64,000 nt of DNA, taken from contig CAVSQB010000011.1 in assembly GCA_963729895.1 (NCBI GenBank), forward strand, positions 1 through 64,000. The letters are read 5' to 3'. This document shows positions 58,466 to 64,000 of this stretch, piece after piece; positions within the stretch are counted from its first letter, which is position 1, and every line of letters begins with the position of its first letter. The position numbers were made by a program, and so were the translations under genes. The notes under the pieces were generated by a model that searched no databases, had not been told where the DNA came from, and saw only the letters and a list, made by a program, of their open reading frames with translations. The DNA is from an uncultured Fibrobacterota bacterium (GTDB taxonomy: Bacteria; Fibrobacterota; Chitinivibrionia; Chitinivibrionales; FEN-1185).

Positions 58466-60865
58466 ATGAAGTCAAAGGCTGTAAAGGTACTTGCCGCAGC
58501 ACTCGTTGCAACAGGACTGGTGCTCATGGGCTGCGCGCCCTATGCTCAACTCAAGCCCAAACCAGAACTCTCCAATGTCGAGCAAGGGTATATTGAACTC
58601 AAGAACGACAAGAAGGATTTCGAGCTCAAGAAGCAGAAGAAATATGTGATCGCCTTCCCTGCGCCGCAGGAGGACAATTTCTACATCGTGATGAACGTTC
58701 CTGCAAAGAAGAAGATGAACAGCTTTCTCTCCAACACCTTTACGGACAAGAAGACCCCTGGCGAGAAGATAAAAGACGAAACCTTGTGGCCCGATTCGAT
58801 CGGCGTGTACCCGATCAACACGAAATCCCCCGCGTTCTACTGGTTTATGGAGACCGGCGGCGAGGATTTCGTGATGCACATGAGATACCGGTATGCGCCG
58901 CAGTGGCGCTTCAAATTCGAGACAAAGCACGCGGAATACAACGCGACGCTTGTGCGAAATATTGTTGACAGAAGCGCATACAAGGGCATCGGCAGCACCA
59001 CGCAGCTCGACGCGTTCAACTTCGGCGTTGCCATCGACACGGTAAAGCGCCATGAGGCGGCGCTCGAAGCGGTATACAAGGAACTGCTTGCCATCGAAAG
59101 CATTTTCCCCGCGCGGATCGTGAATTCAACCGATCCGGCGTACCAGAATTACAGGAAACTGCGCTCCGCCCTCGAAGACGAGATGAATTTCCAGAAGGCA
59201 TACCTCGCGACTCTCGATTTTTTCAACAAAGAAAAGGCCTCGCGGCAGAACCCGGCCGATTTCATGGCGCGCCTCGATGATTTCATCGGGTATTTCGGCC
59301 AGAAAAGCATGCTCGCGCCCAACGTGGTTTCCGAAAGCCAGCGCGTGCTCAAGAACAGGTTCGACGACGTCATGCCCTTTCTTGCCATGAGAATGTCGGG
59401 GAAGGAAGATGCGACGCCGTTCGACAGCGCGCTGTATTTCACTCCCCATCTCGGAGGTCTCGTCACGCTGCACGAAAAAGCCGACATTGCCGTTCCGCAG
59501 GACCTTTCCCTGATGGTGAAGTATGTAGCCGATTTCGATGCCAGGGCGAAGACGACCGCAGCGCTCAAGGACACCATGGACCGCATCGGCAAATATGTCA
59601 AAGACGGGCCGCAAATGCCCGGCGACGAATTCTTCAAGGGTATTGTTGAGCGGCTCACGGCGGTCCAGAACGCGGTTCCTGCAAAGATCGACGAACAATA
59701 CGGCAAGTTTGCGGGATACAAGTGCTCCCAGGCGCTTAACGCCGAGACTGCAAAGCTCGGGGCCGACGTTTCCCAGCACCTGGCCGAATGCCGGCAGGCG
59801 GAAATGCTGGTGCAGCAGGTCAACATGCTCAAGCTCCAGGGCGATTACCGAAGCATGGTGGCCCTGCTTGCGCAGGCGAGGCAGCTCGGGTTCCTTATTG
59901 ACAAATACCGCGACCTCGACAGGCTGTCGGTAGAGCAGCAAATGAAGACCATTAAAGGAGCGCTCTCGTCCGGCGCGTGGGGCCAGGCCGAGACGGGCCT
60001 GCGCACCCTGCACAACGACAACACCTTCCTGAATCCACCGGGGATCCTGCCGTTCAAACAGGCTGCGGTTCGCGAGCTGGAAGATTCCCTGTACACCGGC
60101 GTGGAGCGCCTCACGCGCGCACGCGTCAACAAGTTCTGCGAGGACAAGGTGGGCGTTTTGGAGAACGTGGATTCACTTTACTCCGACTCGGTGTTTCTCC
60201 CGGCCTACAACATCACGTTCTCGTCCGGATCGCAGAACCACCTGCTCCAGAAAAAGGACGCGCTCGCCGCCGACCTTGCCAAGCTGAAAGACTACGATTT
60301 CCCGGCCAAGGCGATCAAGCTCTGTTACGAGCAGTTCCTCAAGAACCCCGACGACAACGGCGTGCTCAAGGCGAGGGCCGTGGTAACGCACGGCAACCAT
60401 TACAAGGGCGACGACAAGGAGATCAAGATCCGTGTTGCGGAATGCAATCCGCAGTCGGCAAAGAGGATTTCGAAACCCAAGGAATACCGCCGCGTGTTCG
60501 CGCTGCCGATCACTGACAACCGCAAGGGCAAGAACAAGTACTACATCCGCCTCAACGTGGATATCCCGACAGATGCGAATTTCCCCGTGTACGACGTGAA
60601 TATCAAGCTGCCCAAGGAGATCGCGCAGAACGCGGCGGCGAGCCAGTGGTACGACGAGATTTCGCTCAACAAGAAATTGCTCAAGAACGAGGGACGGTTT
60701 TCCATCGCCGCCCCGACCGCCTCCAACGATTACGAATGCCAGATCACGCCGGTGCAGATGAACAAGGACCAGAACAACATTCTTGAGATCAACTTTACTT
60801 ACCATGCGTTCAAGCCGTTCCTCGTGAGCGTGATGGTGCAGAAGCCGATCATCAAGAAGAATTGA
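58466..60865 (+). CDS. Large uncharacterised lipoprotein
   Basis: AAGGAG RBS; lipobox VLMGC; strongly biased codon usage over about 800 codons. Confidence 0.75.
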   Translation: MKSKAVKVLAAALVATGLVLMGCAPYAQLKPKPELSNVEQGYIELKNDKKDFELKKQKKYVIAFPAPQEDNFYIVMNVPAKKKMNSFLSNTFTDKKTPGEKIKDETLWPDSIGVYPINTKSPAFYWFMETGGEDFVMHMRYRYAPQWRFKFETKHAEYNATLVRNIVDRSAYKGIGSTTQLDAFNFGVAIDTVKRHEAALEAVYKELLAIESIFPARIVNSTDPAYQNYRKLRSALEDEMNFQKAYLATLDFFNKEKASRQNPADFMARLDDFIGYFGQKSMLAPNVVSESQRVLKNRFDDVMPFLAMRMSGKEDATPFDSALYFTPHLGGLVTLHEKADIAVPQDLSLMVKYVADFDARAKTTAALKDTMDRIGKYVKDGPQMPGDEFFKGIVERLTAVQNAVPAKIDEQYGKFAGYKCSQALNAETAKLGADVSQHLAECRQAEMLVQQVNMLKLQGDYRSMVALLAQARQLGFLIDKYRDLDRLSVEQQMKTIKGALSSGAWGQAETGLRTLHNDNTFLNPPGILPFKQAAVRELEDSLYTGVERLTRARVNKFCEDKVGVLENVDSLYSDSVFLPAYNITFSSGSQNHLLQKKDALAADLAKLKDYDFPAKAIKLCYEQFLKNPDDNGVLKARAVVTHGNHYKGDDKEIKIRVAECNPQSAKRISKPKEYRRVFALPITDNRKGKNKYYIRLNVDIPTDANFPVYDVNIKLPKEIAQNAAASQWYDEISLNKKLLKNEGRFSIAAPTASNDYECQITPVQMNKDQNNILEINFTYHAFKPFLVSVMVQKPIIKKN

Positions 60866-60903
60866 TGGCGAAGGTTTCTTTTCTTATTTAGAAAGGGTAT
60901 CCC

Positions 60904-62637
60904 ATGAAAAAAGCGATCATCATCGTAGGCGCCGTTCTCGTGTGCGCGGCCGCGGCGGCCGTGTACTGGTTCGTGTTCCGCAAGGACCTGAGCGACAAGA
61001 TCATCATCCCCTACATTGCGCACCAGAAGCCGCGTATAGATCCCCACGTGCCGAGCCCCGTTCCCATCGCCGACAAACTTGACGAAGTGGTGTTTGACGG
61101 CCTGTTCAACGTGTCCGCCAACCCGAGCGGCATCACCTACGAAGACGGGCTGGGCGAGTACATGGGCATCGACAAGAACAATGTGGTGAGCGTTCGTCTC
61201 AAGCAGGGAAAGAAGTGGCACTCAAGCTGGGCGGTTACCAGGGACAAAGAAAAAGTCACCATTACGCCCAGGCAGGATGTGCTGTTTTCGGCGCAGGACC
61301 TCAAGTTCACTTTGCGGCGCATCCAGAAGCTCGGCAGCCTCTCGCCCGATTACATCCTCGTCTCCCAGGCCGTGCCGGATTTCGATTTCTCCGGCCCGGA
61401 CAACGATAACGAGATCAAGTTCCAGTTCAAGGGCGACCGGCTCTGGGGGGAAGGCGATATCAAGGAGGTGCTGTCCTTCAAGATCCTGCCCGCCAATTCC
61501 GAAATGGACGCTCCGGCCTACAACATCGGAACAGGCCCGTACCTGCTCACCGGTGACTACGAAGACGTGATTTACTTCCACAAGATGCCCGACGGGACCG
61601 CGCCCATCACGAACTTCATACTCAAGCCGTTCATCGACAACAGCACCTATACCACCGAACTCAAGAACAGGAATATCAACACGCTGTTGTCGACTCCGTT
61701 CGGCGCCATCTCGCCGATCCTGGGCGACAGCACGCAATTTTTTCACAAGTCAAGCATTGCGACGTGTTTCTTCGCCATCTTCTACAATGTCGAACGGCTC
61801 AACCATGATCAGCGGCTCGCGCTTCGCAAGCTTGTCAACAACGAAATGGTGATGGACCGATTCTTCAAGATCAATTCTCAGCAGCAGCGCCACATCGCCA
61901 ATTACAAAGGGGAGGGCGACAATTACGCCGAATACCTGAACAACAGCGTGTTCCCCACCACGTCCTACTACGTGGAGGAAAAGGTCGTGACCCCGCTTGC
62001 CGCCAAAGATGGCCCCGATCCTTCGGTGCTGCCCGATACGGTCCGCATCCAGACCTGCCTCAACTACGATTTTCGTGAGGAATTGTCCGACCTTGTGGAA
62101 ATCCTCAACGACCCGGGCATGTTCCACGGCAAAATCAAGGTGAGCGCGGTCAGCAACGATGAAATAAGAAAGAGCAATTACGACGCGGTGCTGGTCCCGA
62201 TATCCGGGTACCGGAGCAACTTTCTGTTCGACCTGTATCCCATTTTCCTGCGCGAGCCCGATTTCGAGGCGTACCGGATCAACCTGCAGACGCTGGTTGA
62301 CAGCAAGGGAAAAGAAACGGCGGACCCGAAATGCTTCACGGCGAACAAAAACTTTTTCCACCTAGATCTGAACGGGTCGTCGTCCGAGCAGGAAGACGTC
62401 AAAAAGCTGCTCGACGACATCTACAGCTTCATGTCGACGCGTGAGATCGGCGACAAACAGGCCTATTCGCAGATGATAGACCAACTGGACCAGAAGCTTG
62501 CGCTCGGCTCGTGGTTGTTTTCCCTGCCGTCGCTTGCGTACTTCTCAACCCAGTTCGACGACAAGACGATAGATTTGTACGGAACGGCATCGCAGTTGTC
62601 AACTGTCAAGAAATGGCAGGAGCGGGCGAAGAAATAA
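60904..62637 (+). CDS. ABC-transporter substrate-binding protein, family-5-like, N-terminally anchored
   Basis: VFDGLFN, KWH...FSAQDLKFT and IGTGPY motifs of SBP family 5; N-terminal TM. Confidence 0.6.
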   Translation: MKKAIIIVGAVLVCAAAAAVYWFVFRKDLSDKIIIPYIAHQKPRIDPHVPSPVPIADKLDEVVFDGLFNVSANPSGITYEDGLGEYMGIDKNNVVSVRLKQGKKWHSSWAVTRDKEKVTITPRQDVLFSAQDLKFTLRRIQKLGSLSPDYILVSQAVPDFDFSGPDNDNEIKFQFKGDRLWGEGDIKEVLSFKILPANSEMDAPAYNIGTGPYLLTGDYEDVIYFHKMPDGTAPITNFILKPFIDNSTYTTELKNRNINTLLSTPFGAISPILGDSTQFFHKSSIATCFFAIFYNVERLNHDQRLALRKLVNNEMVMDRFFKINSQQQRHIANYKGEGDNYAEYLNNSVFPTTSYYVEEKVVTPLAAKDGPDPSVLPDTVRIQTCLNYDFREELSDLVEILNDPGMFHGKIKVSAVSNDEIRKSNYDAVLVPISGYRSNFLFDLYPIFLREPDFEAYRINLQTLVDSKGKETADPKCFTANKNFFHLDLNGSSSEQEDVKKLLDDIYSFMSTREIGDKQAYSQMIDQLDQKLALGSWLFSLPSLAYFSTQFDDKTIDLYGTASQLSTVKKWQERAKK

Positions 62638-62656
62638 AGAGGATACAAAATCTGGG

Positions 62657-62790
62657 GCGCCCCGCCGAAAGACGGCGGCGGCCCTCCTTACAGGCTCGGC
62701 TGTCGCCTCGTTGCCGGACCGCCCCCAATGCCTAACGGCGGGGTCGGCCGGTGACGCGCTCTGGCGCGCCTTCCAGTCCGGCCTGGCGCG
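62657..62790 (+). repeat. Structured intergenic repeat, family 1, copy C
   Basis: Same conserved blocks as copies A and B. Confidence 0.75.
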
Positions 62791-62861
62791 AAAGAAGAAC
62801 AACAATAGCGCTCTCTGCCCTTAGTGGTGCTCACCTGCGAAGACGGAAGAAAAAAGTACCA

Positions 62862-63743
62862 ATGGCATTTCGATCAACAATTTTACTTCTTCTTTATATC
62901 TGTTCCGCCTCATATTCCCAGAAAACCTCAGACTTCATTATCCTTGCCCAGCCCCGCGACTACACCATTTTCAACCAATACGAGCAGCCGATTACCGAGG
63001 CCGAGAAAAAACTGTTTGCGCCGTTTGCTCCTTTGCAAATAAAGAACGATAACGAGGTCCTGGGCGACCAGATAACGCATGCGCTCAGGGCGGTTTTCGA
63101 GGGAGAGACCTGGTTTCTCGAGAAGGACGAGAACGGCAATCTGCTGGGCGACAAAGGGAAGCAGAACCGGCCGGTCTACAAGAAATGCCTTGTGCTCAAC
63201 GACACGGTGCAAATCGTAAATGGCCATGCGGTCTGTTTCTCGGAGAAATTTCCCCCTTCCGGACAGGCCGGATTTCTTGAAAAAGGGGATTTCGTTGAGC
63301 GCCTATTTTCCTACGGCGGCTATTGCTGCGTCAAGAGAATCGGTGCGCAGGTTCGCTACGGATGGAGTTCATTTGCACAGAAGGCGGCCTGGAAGCGCGT
63401 GGAACAGGTTGCGGAGAAGCTGGAGACGGGGCTCACAAGTTTCCTTTCGGAAAGGATCGTTCAGAGGTTCGCGGCCGCAAACAGGGCCTACAAGGAGTAT
63501 TTCGACCATTTCAACAAATTGACGAAGCAGGAAAGAAGTGTCCCCTTCTGGCGTTGCGAGACCAGGGGAAACGAGGTGTATTGTTCGCTGAATGCCCCGT
63601 ATAATGGGTCGTCCGATCTCGATGAAAGCACGCACTGTCTTGTGCGCGACATCGAGAACACGCTCATTGGAAAACACTACGTCGTTGTTCCAGGCAAGGG
63701 CGCTATGACGATACGGCCCGAAAGCGGAGGCGGCGGGCAATGA
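62862..63743 (+). CDS. Secreted hypothetical protein
   Basis: Signal-like MAFRSTILLLLYICSASYSQ; 293-codon open frame. Confidence 0.6.
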   Translation: MAFRSTILLLLYICSASYSQKTSDFIILAQPRDYTIFNQYEQPITEAEKKLFAPFAPLQIKNDNEVLGDQITHALRAVFEGETWFLEKDENGNLLGDKGKQNRPVYKKCLVLNDTVQIVNGHAVCFSEKFPPSGQAGFLEKGDFVERLFSYGGYCCVKRIGAQVRYGWSSFAQKAAWKRVEQVAEKLETGLTSFLSERIVQRFAAANRAYKEYFDHFNKLTKQERSVPFWRCETRGNEVYCSLNAPYNGSSDLDESTHCLVRDIENTLIGKHYVVVPGKGAMTIRPESGGGGQ

Positions 63744-64000
63744 AACGGAAACTGGTTGAACACGGCATGAGCATTGCCTTTGTGACTGCGGTATTGCTGT
63801 GCATCCTGTGTATGGTGCGGGCCGGGACGCAGGCGGGCATAGACAAAGAGAATGCTGCGTCGCGCCAGTACGGCGATCTTGGATTCGTTGATGTAAACGA
63901 CCCGTTTCACAAGGCCCTGCTCAAAGACGCGGTGAACATGTTTTATCCCGGCCAGTTCGAAAAAAACAACGCCGCCGTCGAATCGATCCTTGCGAACAGG
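63740..64000 (+). CDS. Membrane protein, truncated by the window end
   Basis: ATGA overlap; open frame MKRKLVEHGMSIAFVTAVLLCILCMV... runs off the window. Confidence 0.55.
   Translation, partial: MKRKLVEHGMSIAFVTAVLLCILCMVRAGTQAGIDKENAASRQYGDLGFVDVNDPFHKALLKDAVNMFYPGQFEKNNAAVESILANR

Overview
Bacterial chromosomal window, mostly GC-rich. The many secreted proteins with T9SS/FlgD-like C-terminal tails, DUF2341, DUF4954 and PEGA coiled-coil proteins suggest a Fibrobacterota (Chitinivibrionia-like) genome; this is inference only. From left to right: (1) an AT-richer T6SS-type cargo module (HEAT protein, DUF1795/Eag-like adaptor, transthyretin-like-tailed protein, MIX/VasX-like membrane toxin, 2-TM putative immunity), followed by an intact IS21 with a 6-bp target duplication; (2) housekeeping and stress genes (srkA, DEAD-box helicase, S9 peptidase, nfeD-slipin, VOC, two SODs); (3) a peptidoglycan remodelling/recycling cluster (M23-LysM, MltD-like, namZ-murU-amgK); (4) an intact IS4 and an IS5-family remnant; (5) secreted-protein genes and the start of an ABC-type operon. 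The most striking observation is an atypical 76-nt tRNA-Lys(CUU) gene (U37/C38, two G.U pairs in the T-stem) lying head-to-head with a soluble, stand-alone MprF-type (DUF2156) aminoacyl-tRNA-dependent transferase. This is a candidate dedicated non-ribosomal tRNA/transferase pair. At least three dispersed intergenic repeat families are also visible, one with compensatory base changes. All family assignments come from motif recognition by eye; no searches were run.
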